Shown here: positions 1 through 10,740 of the stretch, piece by piece | How positions within the stretch are numbered: position 1 is the stretch's first letter | Layout: every line of letters starts with the position of its first letter | Source of the DNA: the human T2T-CHM13v2.0 reference genome, Homo sapiens | Reading direction: 5' to 3' (one strand) | DNA length: 64,000 nucleotides | NCBI RefSeq assembly: GCF_009914755.1 | Contig: NC_060927.1 | Translations under genes and position numbers: made by a program | Notes under the pieces: generated by a model | The model's input: only the letters and a program-made list of their open reading frames with translations | Told to the model about the DNA's origin: nothing | Database searches by the model: none

Positions 1-40
1 TGTAAAGCATTTGTTATAGCAGCATGAATGGTCTAAGGTA
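1..40 (+). mobile_element. Probable 3' end of a MaLR (MLT/MST-type) LTR
   Basis: TTTGTTATAGCAGC...GGTCTAAGGTA resembles the MaLR LTR terminus (TTTGTTATAGCAGC...GACTAAGACA); truncated by the window edge. Confidence 0.4.
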
Positions 41-141
41 AAAAGAGTCCAGAGTCTGGGAAGGTGGAAAGGGAGCAGGAGCATCGTCTTTAAGAGGGTC
101 AGGTACCTTTGCTCTTATATCAGAGGCTGTGGGCTTCCTAC
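36..141 (+). ncRNA. MIR6083: Intronic microRNA hairpin, miR-6083 (mature about 114-133); precursor ends approximate
   Basis: CTTATATCAGAGGCTGTGGG at 114-133 matches my recollection of mature hsa-miR-6083, annotated in a KALRN intron. AGTCCAGAGTCT (46-57) can pair with AGGCTGTGGGCT (124-135), and GAGCA with TGCTC. Confidence 0.65.
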
Positions 142-2779
142 AGATGTATATAGGCATAACCTCAGGCAACAGAGATATATGTGACCAAAACAGGGTGAAA
201 GGACTTGAAAGAGCACTATGCTAACAGGGATAGAAGCAGAAGTGTGGCCAAACCCTCTGATTTGGTCACCTCACCATCTGACCCACCTTTCCACGTCAGG
301 AACAGCCTTTTCCTCTTTTCCTCCGTTAGGAATGGAACAGGAGAGAAAAATAAATCCACAAGCCCCACAGTTTTCAGCAGTATTTTCAAGCCAACTGTCT
401 TGTCTCTCCAAAGCCCAGTCTTCTCTCTCTGACACCCACTCCCTCCCACTGCCAGCCAAACATAGAATACAGAAAACAGGAAAAACAGCAACACTGCAAA
501 GTTACATCTTTTGAGAGAGAACATTGCTGTGGGTACATTTCCCCCCATACCTCTTGAATTGCCAAACCTTGCAGCAGGCAGCCTTATTCTGTTCCATGGG
601 GATGCTGTCTCACCAACTGCTTGTTTCTTTGGCTTCAGGAATTCCATGCAAGAATGAATTTCTGCCGAGATGGGGTCACTGGGCAGTCTATGTATCCACA
701 TCTGTATATTTAAGTCTATCTTCTTCACTTTTAAAATATTTTTGTCCACATTTTTATGTTGTGGCTACATGTTCCCCTTCATTGTTTTGCCATTTCCAAT
801 AGAGAGAGGGAAATGAGGGAAGGGAGAGGGTGACCAGAGGAGTGGAGATTATGTTATCAAATTCCAGGAGAGATGGGTTGCTTCCGAGCAGCAATATGAA
901 TACCCGCTGGCTATATCCGGGGCCTGCTCAGTGGGAAAAGGAGGAAGCCTTCCTCCAGTCTTCAGAGCTCCGTGTCTGCATAGCGCACGCCTCATTTTGG
1001 TCTCCTAATTGCTCAGCTATCTTTGCTGTCTATTGTTCCCTCTGGTTTGTCTCAGGAAGCAGCTCTGGGCCAACCTCTGGCCTCTAGTCCCCTTGCTCTC
1101 TGCACCATCTTCTTTGTGTCCCATTCTAAGTGCTAGTCCTGGCTCCCCTAGGCCCAGCTTACAGCCCTGACTCTGCCTTCCACAGCTCCCCATTCCTTGG
1201 TGGGCTAGGTGGGGAGAGGTCAGGGACAGAATCTTTCCCTGCTATATGTCTCAGGCCCCAGAGGGTGGCCATGTTTTCTGGAATCTGGACTGTATTTTTC
1301 TTACAGTCTGGACCTGGTGTTATCTGTCAAATTATACCTTGTAACTAGTATTGGCAACCTCTAGGATTGACTTTGCCTTTTAATCCACAAACAAGGTATT
1401 TTATTGTTGTTGTTATTGCATGGATAAAATGTTAACAGTTAATTATTTCTTTTGCTTTCCTGCCTCAGAGTGACCAGATATTTAGCTTCTAGTTTATAGT
1501 CAGGAGGGAATATTTTGAAGGTCCTTTAAAGCAATAATATGTAAATGAAGAGAGTTATTGAGAAAGAAAGAAAAGGGATCAGTGAAAGAGAGCACCCCAG
1601 CAAAGAACAACTACTATAATTTTCTCAGAATTTCTAGGCCCATGTACCTTCCTAAACACACACGGTTGGACTGTAGGAAAATAAAACTTTACTTTAAAAA
1701 AAATGTGGAGTTCTAAAAATAAGCCTTTTATAGGAAAAGGTGCTAAAGCATTTTAGATATAAAGAAAAATAGTCTCCAGCAAGTAGAGATGTGTGAGAAT
1801 GGACAGGGTGATTATTACGTATGTAAATGTGATAAAGTTGGTGTTTAAGTCCTCAGAGATAGTCTCAGTACCGAAACTACTTGTGTTGGGAGGTATTGAC
1901 ACCTGCAATAGTTATTTTTAGTATCAGTCCCAATTAGTAACTGAAGATTTATATACATAGTCTTCAACTTTAAGGTGCATCTCTTTAGGGTACTCCTTAG
2001 ACACTTCTTATTTGGACATAAAGTTGTTCTAATGGAGGGAACTTACTTGTTCCCTTATTCAGGGCACCTAAGAAGATATTGTTCTTTCAGCAGTTGTAAT
2101 GTGGTGGGTCAAACCATCACTGGTACCCAGAAGTAATTTCCTCTGTTTCTTCTTACTTCTTTCCACCAAAGACCACTTTGCCATTCCCAGAATTCATCCC
2201 CTTCCCCACTACAAGAGCCAACAGATGGAGGAGAAATATATTCCTGGAGTTCTAGGATGAAAACTGAAAAGCATTTTTCTATATCACCCTCCTTAATCAT
2301 AGACAATGTGCTATGTCAGTACTATATTTTAAACCTATTATGTGCTCAACTGAATTGCTTTATTTTATCCTGGGATCCTAACCTTCATTTACATGGCAAA
2401 CACATTCTGAGTGCTAAATGGAACTGGGAAATGTGACACCTTACTGCTGACAAGCTGCTGAACTGCAGAGTTTTTGGGTTGAGTGACTATTGAAAGGAGA
2501 GCACTATGCCCACTAGGTACATCGAGGAATAGTTGAGATAGAAAAGATGAGTAAGATGGACTCTTTCCTTTAAAGTGAATACAATTCTCCTTAGAAGACA
2601 ACATGCACACAAAAGGAGTGTATTGCAAAAGAAAAAAAAAGGCTGTTGCACATGCACAATTACAATGTCATAATTTAAAAACCAAAGGCCCAAGAATGAA
2701 TGTAATTCAAAGTAATAAAGAAGCAGAAGAGCTGGAGATTTTATAGTGAGTTTTGGAGAAGTACATGTTTCAGTGAAAA

Positions 2780-2990
2780 GTACTGGAAGTTATAGTTAGA
2801 GAGACTCGGCTTGCCATTTTCTAGTTATAAAACATTGTTTAAACAAGTTATTTTACGTCTCTGAGCCTCAGTTTTCTCATTTGTAAAATGAAATTAATAA
2901 TACCTATCTTATGATTGATCCCAATGCTTACAGATAATGTCGATAAAGAACCTAACACAATGCATAGCATACTATGGACACCTGGTTAAC
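2780..2990 (+). mobile_element. MIR SINE
   Basis: Core CTCTGAGCCTCAGTTTTCTCATTTGTAAAATG. Confidence 0.75.
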
Positions 2991-3009
2991 TGATGCCACC
3001 TTCTTTGAC

Positions 3010-5470
3010 CTATGGGTTATTTAGATATGTGTTATTTAGTTTCCAATAATTTGTGAGTATTCTGGTAATATTTCTGTTACTGATTTCTAATTTAATTACA
3101 TTATAGTCAGAGAAAATATGTTGTATGACTTGCATCTCTTTAACTTTGTTGAGACTCATTCTATGGCTGAGAATATGGTTTATCTTGGTAAATATTCTGT
3201 GAGCACTTGAAAAGAATATGCGTTCAGCTGTTGGGGTGGGGGTGGAGTGTCCTACAAATGTCAGACCACGTTGGTTGAGAGTGTTCAAATCTATATCCTT
3301 ACAAATTTCCTGTCTACTTGTTCTATTAATTACTGAGAGGGGGCATAGAATCTCTGACTATAATTATGGATTTCTCTATTTCTCCTTGTGGGTTTAATCA
3401 GTCTTTACATAGTTTGAACTTTTGTTGATAGAAGCATAACTGTTTAGGGTTATTATATCCTCTTGATGAATTGACCCCTTGATCATTATCAAATGATAAT
3501 ATTATTCATTTTTTCCTGGTAATGTTATTCACTCTGCAATCTACTATGTCTGATATTAATATAGCCACCCAGCTTTTTTTCTGGCTAGTGTTATCATGCT
3601 GTATCTTTTTCTGTCCTTTTACTCTTACCCTACTTGTGTCTTTGTACTTATAGTGCATTCCCTGTAGACAGCATATAATTGGGACTTGCTTTTTTATCTA
3701 ATCTGACAATCTCTGCCTTTTGATTGTGTTATTTAGACGATTTATATTTAATGTGATTGCTGATATGTTTAGATTTAAATCTATCACCTTGTTTTTTTCT
3801 TTTCTATTTGTTTCATCTGTTGCTTTTCCTCCCTTTTTTTGCTTTTTTGGATTAATTTAATATTTTTATGATCCCATTTGACTTCCTTTGTTGGCTGATC
3901 AACTATAACTCTTTATTATTTTAATGGTTGCCTTAGGGTTTATAGTATTTTAACTTATCACAGTTTACCTTCAAGTGGTATTATACCACTTTACATAAAG
4001 TATAGGAACCTTACAATAGTATACTTCCATCCCTCCCTTCCTGGTCTTTGTGCTGTTGTCATATACCTTACTTATATATGTACCATAAATCCCACACTAC
4101 ATTGTTATCATTAGTTTTTAAACAATCAATTATTTTTAAATAGATTCAAATAATAAGAGGAAAAAAACCTTATTTACCCTTGTAGTATTTCCAGTGCTCT
4201 TGATTCCTGTATATGGATCTGTATTTCCATCTGATACCATTTTCTTTCTTCCTGAAGGACTTCTTTTAACATTTCTTGTCTTGCAAATCTGCTAGTGAAG
4301 GATTCTTTCATCTTTGTATATCTGAAAAAGTCTTTATTTCACTTTTGTTTTTGAAAATACTTGTGCTGGGCACAGAATTCCCAGGTTTTGTTTTTTTTTA
4401 TTTGTTTTGTTTTGTTTCTTTTAGTACTTTAAAGATGTTGCTCCACTGTCTGCTTGCACTGTTTCCAATAACAAGTCTGCTATCATCCTTATCTTTGTTC
4501 CTCTGTATATAGCTTGTCTTTTTTTCCTCTGTCTACTTTAAAGATTTTCTTTTCTTTCCCTTTTTTGCCACTTTATTTTATTTTTATGTTCCTTGGTGTA
4601 GTTTTCTTTGTGTTTCTTGTGTTGAGGGTTTGTTGGGTTTCTTGGATTTATAGTTTTTGTTATATTTGAAAACTTCTTGGTCATTATATCTTTAGGTATC
4701 TTTTCCAATACCCTCCTCTTCTCCTAGGGAATCTCAATTACATGGATATTGGCCTGTCTGAAGTTATCCCATAGCTCACAGATGCTTTATTTTTAAAATT
4801 AATTTTTTCTCTCAGTATTTTAGTTTAAATACTTACTATTGCAGTTTTCAAGTTCAGTCATTTTATCTTCTGCAAAGCCTAACCTACTGTTAATACAGTC
4901 TAATGTTTTTCATCTTTAAAAGTACAAGGGATTTTTTAAAAATTTTTTTATTTCTTAACTATCTGAACATATGGAATACAATTATAATAACCATTTTAAA
5001 ATACTTGTCTGCTAATCTTAACATCTATTTCAGCTCTGGGTCAGTTTTCATTGATTGATTTTTCTCCTTCTCATAGGTGAGATTTTCCTGATTATGTGCA
5101 CGCCTGGTAATTTTTTACTAGATACCAGACATCGTGAGTTTTACCTTGTCAGTTGTGGATATTTCTATATTCCTATAAATATTCTTAAGCTTTATTCTGA
5201 GACACAATAAAGTTACATGGAAAAAAATTGATCTGTTCAGGTCGTTCTCTTAAAATGTACTAGGCAGGACCAGAGCAGTTCTCATTCTAAGTCTACTTAT
5301 TTACCCTTCTGACCCTTCTGGGTACTCCATCCAACATCCCATGAACCATGAGGTTTTCCAGGCTGACTGGTGGGAGCAGGTGCTATTTCTAACTGTATGA
5401 GTGCTAGGCACTGTTATCTCTAATTCTTTCAGATGGTTCTTTCTCTAGCCTCAGGTAGTTTCCTCACACA
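3010..5470 (-). mobile_element. Old L1 (L1M-type) fragment covering the ORF2 endonuclease end and upstream ORF1 region
   Basis: Minus ORF 3010-3288 (FFSSAHRIFTKINHILSH...FSDYNVIKLEI...WKLNNTYLNNP) is a decayed L1 ORF2 EN C-terminus; the T-rich plus strand continues to about 5.4 kb. Confidence 0.85.
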
Positions 5471-6649
5471 TGGATTCTTTGCAGGTCTGCCCCAGAGAGG
5501 GTAAAGAAGGAAGGTGAAAGAGATTTGTCAGCTGTAAAGTACTATTCAAATGTAAGGTTTTGGGTGTTATCTTGATTGCTGCCCTCCCCAATGCCTATGC
5601 TTTTGTGTCTCCTTTGTCTTTAATGCTTACATATTTTTTTTCCTTTCATCTCATTACGTATTGGTTTCAGCCATGCTGGCCTGAAAAAAATAACCACTGT
5701 GAGGGGCATTTTCTCCTACTCCTCTGGTAGTCTCATTCTTCAATCTACATTGCCTCTTTTGAATAGTAAGGGTGACTTTCAGGCCTCATCCTCCTCATTC
5801 CCAGGTATAAAGCCAAGATTCTCACTTCATATTACCAAGGAAGTAGCCTCTTGATTCTAGAGTGTTTTTATTCACTGTCTCTCCCACCCCTTGCCTTTAA
5901 AAAGCCTGCTTCCTGCTTCTCCGCCTCAGCCCAGGGAATCTGAAAACATACCTGTATTGCTGGAATTCAGAGACAAATTATCCTAGAATGTTCTGTTTCT
6001 TCCCTGGGGAGAAAATTTAAAAGTAATGGGCCAAGGCTTCAGCAGAGTGTTTGAAGTTAGACTTAAGGGCTGAATTATTTAGGGCATCATACCTGGTTGA
6101 CACAGTCATGGGGTGTTGGAGAGGGAAGAACAGGAACTGTAGCCATCAGTGTGGCCCATATCTCTGAATGAGGGGCTCTGTCTACCACAGGTCCTACCTG
6201 AAAGCTCCAACAGCTGAGGGATCTATACACCAGCACTCATAACCCATTTTTGGCATATCTGTTGGGAAATGTCAATAAGGGGTCAAGTCCAAGGCAGAGA
6301 CTAGGAGACTGGGAAACCAAAGAATGCCTAGGAAATATGTTCAGAGCAAGGTCAGACTCTGGCTTTGAGTCAAAAGCTGTTGTTGATTTGGTCAGAAAGT
6401 GAGCAGAAACCTGTTGTGATCCTTGCCCCAATTTGGGGGTATTGACAAGAGTCAAAGTATTGCTTTGGTAATACTTTAGTTGATATTTTCTGTACACATT
6501 TCTATTTCAAGGCTGTGCCAGGAGGTAGGATATACCAAATAAAATTGAACATTGAACATGAATTCTAGCATGTAAGGTCTTGTACCAGGTAGTTGATGAG
6601 GAGTGAGGGTTGAATATTAACATTGGTGGAGGTTGATATCGTCTTTAAA

Positions 6650-7230
6650 TCATTCATTCATTTACTAAATATCTATGGAGACTTACTAGGTGCCAGACAC
6701 TAAGGGAAAGAGATGAAAGACATTATCTGCCCCTAAGCAGATGAGAAAGACAAAAATTTGCACTAGAAAGTAGCAGGTACCATGGAGAGGGTTGGTATAG
6801 ATCAATCTAGGAGTCCAGAGGAGGGCACATAAGCTAGCCTTGGGAGAGAAGAGGATATGAGGGTGGACTTCCTAGAAGAAGCAATGCCCTTGCTGGGTCT
6901 TAAAGAATGAATAAGAGTTGGTCAAATAGAAGAGTGAAGGGAAGGGCATCTCAGGCTGAAGAAGAATATGTGCAAAGGCACAGAGGCAAGATTCAGTGCA
7001 GTGAGTTTTGGGGGATGCAAGTAATTTACTTCATAGGCTGTTTGTAGGGAAGTGATGTGGGTTGAAGCTGAAGGGAAAAAGTGTCAGGTGAAGAAGGGCA
7101 TTGCACACCGTGTCAAGACATTTTACCCCAAAGGCAGTGGGAAGCCACTGAACAGTTTTAAGTAGAAGACAGTTGTGATTGGGTCTGAATTTTAGAAACT
7201 CTTTTCTACTAGTAATGGGGAAGAGAGCTG
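6650..7230 (-). mobile_element. L2 LINE 3' fragment
   Basis: TCATTCATTCATTT...TACTAGGTGCCAGACACT is the antisense L2 3' end, followed by a purine-rich L2-like body. Confidence 0.65.
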
Positions 7231-7709
7231 GGCAGAGACAAAGCTGAGGGCCCAGCTTTAACACTGACCCCATTGCCTTCCCACCTGTCTTTATTGTTCC
7301 ATTCTCTCTATAAAATGTATCTTATAGCTCTTCACTGACTTATCCAACCTGATTTTTTGCCACTCTCCAATTTTAGTCAGGTTGACTCAACTTATTCAAA
7401 CAGGCCTACTCATTTGTGTCTTGTTTGTTCAACAAACATTTAGTAAATGCCTATTGCATACCAGCCACAGCACTTGGCATGGGGGAACCAAGGATGAGTA
7501 AGACATGGAAACTGCCTTTAAGGAGCTCACAGACCAGTAGGGAGATACCATGGAGATACATTGTTACTATAAAGTGTGATGATGGCTGTGGGGTGGGCTA
7601 AATATAGAGTACCCTGGGTGCAGAAAGAAGACAGGCTTGGCTATGAGAAGCCCTTCTCCCTCTCTACTAAATCCTACCCATCCTCAGACTCCTGCCTATA
7701 TTCTTATAG

Positions 7710-7965
7710 AGGCAGGGTAATTTAATGGGTTGTTGCTTGGGCTCTGAAGCCTGCCAACAGGGTTTTAATCCTGGTTCTGCCACTTACTGGCCATGTGACT
7801 TTGGCCCGAAATTCTTTGTACCTCAGTTTCTTCATCTGTAAAATGGGTATGATGGCTGCATCAACTTCATAGGGTTATTGCGAGGATTAAAGGAGATAGC
7901 ATGCATAAAATCCTTTAGAACAATCCTTGTCATGTGCGAAATATTTAATAATAATTAGCTACTAT
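7710..7965 (+). mobile_element. MIR SINE
   Basis: AATCCTGGTTCTGCCACTTACT...CCTCAGTTTCTTCATCTGTAAAATGGG. Confidence 0.8.
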
Positions 7966-8169
7966 TATTCTGTTTTTACTCCTTTTCTTCAGCATCTATA
8001 TCGTATCAAGAAATTTTAACCCCTAATTATCTATTAGTTTGCTGCCTGCCCCATCTTATGTATTGTCATGTTATTTCTCTCAAGAATGATTTTAATTCTT
8101 CTTTGAGACAAAATACATTATATATTTATCTGTACTTTTGGGGTGCTTACAATATTGGGTATGTATTAT

Positions 8170-8270
8170 AGCAATCAGCCATCCCAATTTTCCCAGGACC
8201 GAGGGGATTTCTGGGACACAGGAATTTCTATGCTAAAACCAGGAAAATCCTGGGACAAATTGATCACCTT
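8170..8270. mobile_element. MER94-like small hAT DNA transposon
   Basis: Quasi-palindromic CATCCCAATTTTCCCAGGAC...TCCTGGGACAAATTGATCACCTTA resembles MER94. Confidence 0.5.
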
Positions 8271-8730
8271 ACGTGTGGTAGACAGTTCAGTTTGGCTTTT
8301 TATTTATCTCTTATTGGTCCCAAACCTAATTTGCAAGCAAGCTCACTTTGACTTTGCCACAAATTTTTATTTATTGTCTACAGAATATAAAGTTACAATC
8401 TCTAGGGTTCTTGCGGGGGGAATCCTGAGACTCTTTAGGATTAAAGGTGGACAATTTGAGGGATTCCTAAAATACCTCTCTCCCATCAGCTGTGGGCATA
8501 TAGACTAGAAATTGTGGGCAATCCCATAAGAGCTTTCTTTAACCTGACCTACAGCCGTAGAGGTCTACCCTTGCCTGTCATTCCCCTTGTCTCCCTGCAT
8601 GTCTCTCATGAGTGGATGACTTCCTTCATCTGCTTTCCAGAATTGACATACCCTGCTTTAACCCAGTGGCAAAACTACTTTCCTCATATGAAGCTGCTGT
8701 TTTTCCATGAATTTCCCAGTTGGGGCCAAG

Positions 8731-8829
8731 TGATTTTTCCTCTTTTTCAACCCTGTGTTGGGAGCATTGGGACAATGTAAATGACTTTTTCTCTTTTTCA
8801 ACCCGGTCTCACCAGCATTGGAACGATGT
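8731..8829. repeat. Diverged tandem duplication, 2 copies, 51-bp period
   Basis: TGATTTTTCCTCTTTTTCAACCC...AGCATTGGGACAATGT at 8731 and TGACTTTTTCTCTTTTTCAACCC...AGCATTGGAACGATGT at 8782. Confidence 0.85.
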
Positions 8830-8996
8830 TTACCTTGGGAAGTTGCTTTTCAAGCAGGATTCCTTATGGATCCCCTGAGGCCTCTCTCCAAATTCCTAGA
8901 AGCCAAGACAAGTGTTTGCCTGCCCATCTTCCCCAGGTCCTATGCCAGTACAATCAAGAGGCTGGCTCCACAGCCTCTGAAAGTTTCAACCCTAGA

Positions 8997-9472
8997 GTCT
9001 CAGTTTCCTGGGGCTGTTGTAACAAAGCACCACGAGACTGTGACTTAGATAACAACAATTTGTTTTCTCACAGTTCTGGAAGCTAGACATTTGAGATCAA
9101 AGTGTCAGCAGAGCTAGTTCTTTCTGAGGAATATGAGGGAGAAATCTACCCTGTGCCTTTTTCTCAACTTTTAGTAGTTTTCTGGCAGTCTTTAGCATTC
9201 TTAGCCTTGTAGATACATCTCCCAGTTTCTTCGTTCATCTTCACATAGCATTGTCCCTGTGTGCATGTCTGTCTCTTCACATGGCATTTTTTTTTAAATA
9301 AGGACACCAGTCATATTGGATTAGGGATCTATCCTACTATAGTATGATTTAAACTTAATGTAACTAATTACGTCTACAATTATCCTGTTTCCAAGGAAGG
9401 TCACATTCTGAGATACTGGGGATTAGGAGTTCAACATGTGAATTTGAGTGGGGGGCACAGTTCAGTCCATAG
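8997..9472 (-). mobile_element. MLT1 (MaLR) solo LTR
   Basis: CAGTTTCCTGGGGCTGTTGTAACAAA...TCTCACAGTTCTGGAAGCTAG...AAGGACACCAGTCATATTGGATTAGGG...AAGGTCACATTCTGAG. Confidence 0.85.
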
Positions 9473-10339
9473 CACCCAGGTCTTCAAGTGAGCCCAAAAC
9501 ACTCCTTACAGACACGGAGACCCTGTCTCCATAAGCAAAACAAAGCACCAGAGAGTCATTGCTCATGAATCCATTTCAATTCTCCACTCACTTTGTGTTT
9601 GATACTGACTGCTCTGCTTGTTCGCCACTCTAGAGTTTTGTGCCAACTCTAGGGATACTTAGAAATATATGTACACCTGAGTCACCAGCTCTAAGTCAGG
9701 ACATATCAGGAGACTTTCAAAATGAGAAGCCTGCTGAGGAAAAGCTGTATCTGCGGCAAATAATGTAGTAACTATTCTAAAGGCAGTGGCTCCCATCCTG
9801 ATGAATAATAATTACAAGTCGGTTGCCTTTTAAAATGCTCTGGAGAATACCATGGTGTGTACAGATAGGGAGTTGGACGACTGTGTGTGCATGTGTGTGC
9901 ATGCAGTAGCTTATGATAAACAAAATCACCAGACTCTTCCCCAACCTTCCTGCAAACATTCCCTGGGCCCGCAGGGAGTAGCCTGCATCTCCTCCCTCTG
10001 GCTGTGGCCGCTGCCTTCTGTCAGCTCCCTAGAGTTGCTGATCCCTTCCCCTCCAAAGAAATAGCTCTGTTCCAAAAAGATAAACACCAGTAGTTACAGG
10101 GAACTTGAGGAGAAAAGCAAAGTGAGTCTCCCACTTAGTGTTTTTCTGGTGTTCTCACATGGAAATACAGACCGTCTTTGTGGGTGTGCTATTTCTGATC
10201 CTGGCAGTTACAGCCTGAGATGTGAGGGCAGTGATGGGTTTTCTTGAAGGTAGGGGATAGGGAGCAGCTGGGGTATGGAGGTTCTCTACGCTCTCCCCAC
10301 TTCTTTCCAGGGACACTGCACCTCTGAGAAATCCCAGGG

Positions 10340-10548
10340 GTGGATGAGGCACCTAGCTGGTGCCCGCCTGCAGGCTGCTCGCTTGCTGAGAGGCGGCGTG
10401 CCAGCTCCGCGCACCGCGCCTCAGTGCCAGATCAGGGAGCTGTCAGCTCAGCGCCCACGCCCCTCCGCTTCAGCTCCGGGGAGCCCCAGGGTGGGCTGCT
10501 GGAAGGCGCGACTGCAACTTGACTTTGCCTCACTGTTGTTGCTGGCAG
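10340..10548 (+). promoter_or_regulatory. CpG/GC-rich patch directly upstream of an internal exon; candidate internal (delta-Kalirin) promoter/5' UTR
   Basis: Dense CpGs in an otherwise CpG-depleted window; EGR consensus CGCCCACGC (10452-10460) overlapping Sp/KLF CCACGCCC (10455-10462). Confidence 0.6.
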
Positions 10549-10740
10549 AATACGTACACCAATGCGGACAAGCTCCTAGAAGCAGCAGAGCAGTTGGCTC
10601 AGACGGGGGAATGTGACCCCGAGGAGATCTACAAGGCAGCTCGACACCTGGAGGTGCGCATCCAAGACTTCGTGCGCAGGGTGGAGCAGCGGAAGCTTCT
10701 CCTGGACATGTCTGTTTCCTTCCACACACACACCAAAGAG
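10549..10740 (+). CDS. KALRN: Kalirin spectrin-repeat exon (NTYTNADKLL...DMSVSFHTHTKE), 192 bp, phase 0/0
   Basis: ggcag|AAT acceptor, GAG|gtaagg donor; peptide recognised as Kalirin/Trio spectrin repeat. Confidence 0.97.

Noticed and set aside
3010-3288. Functional endonuclease gene
   Set aside because: It is a short decayed L1 ORF2 remnant flanked by stops.
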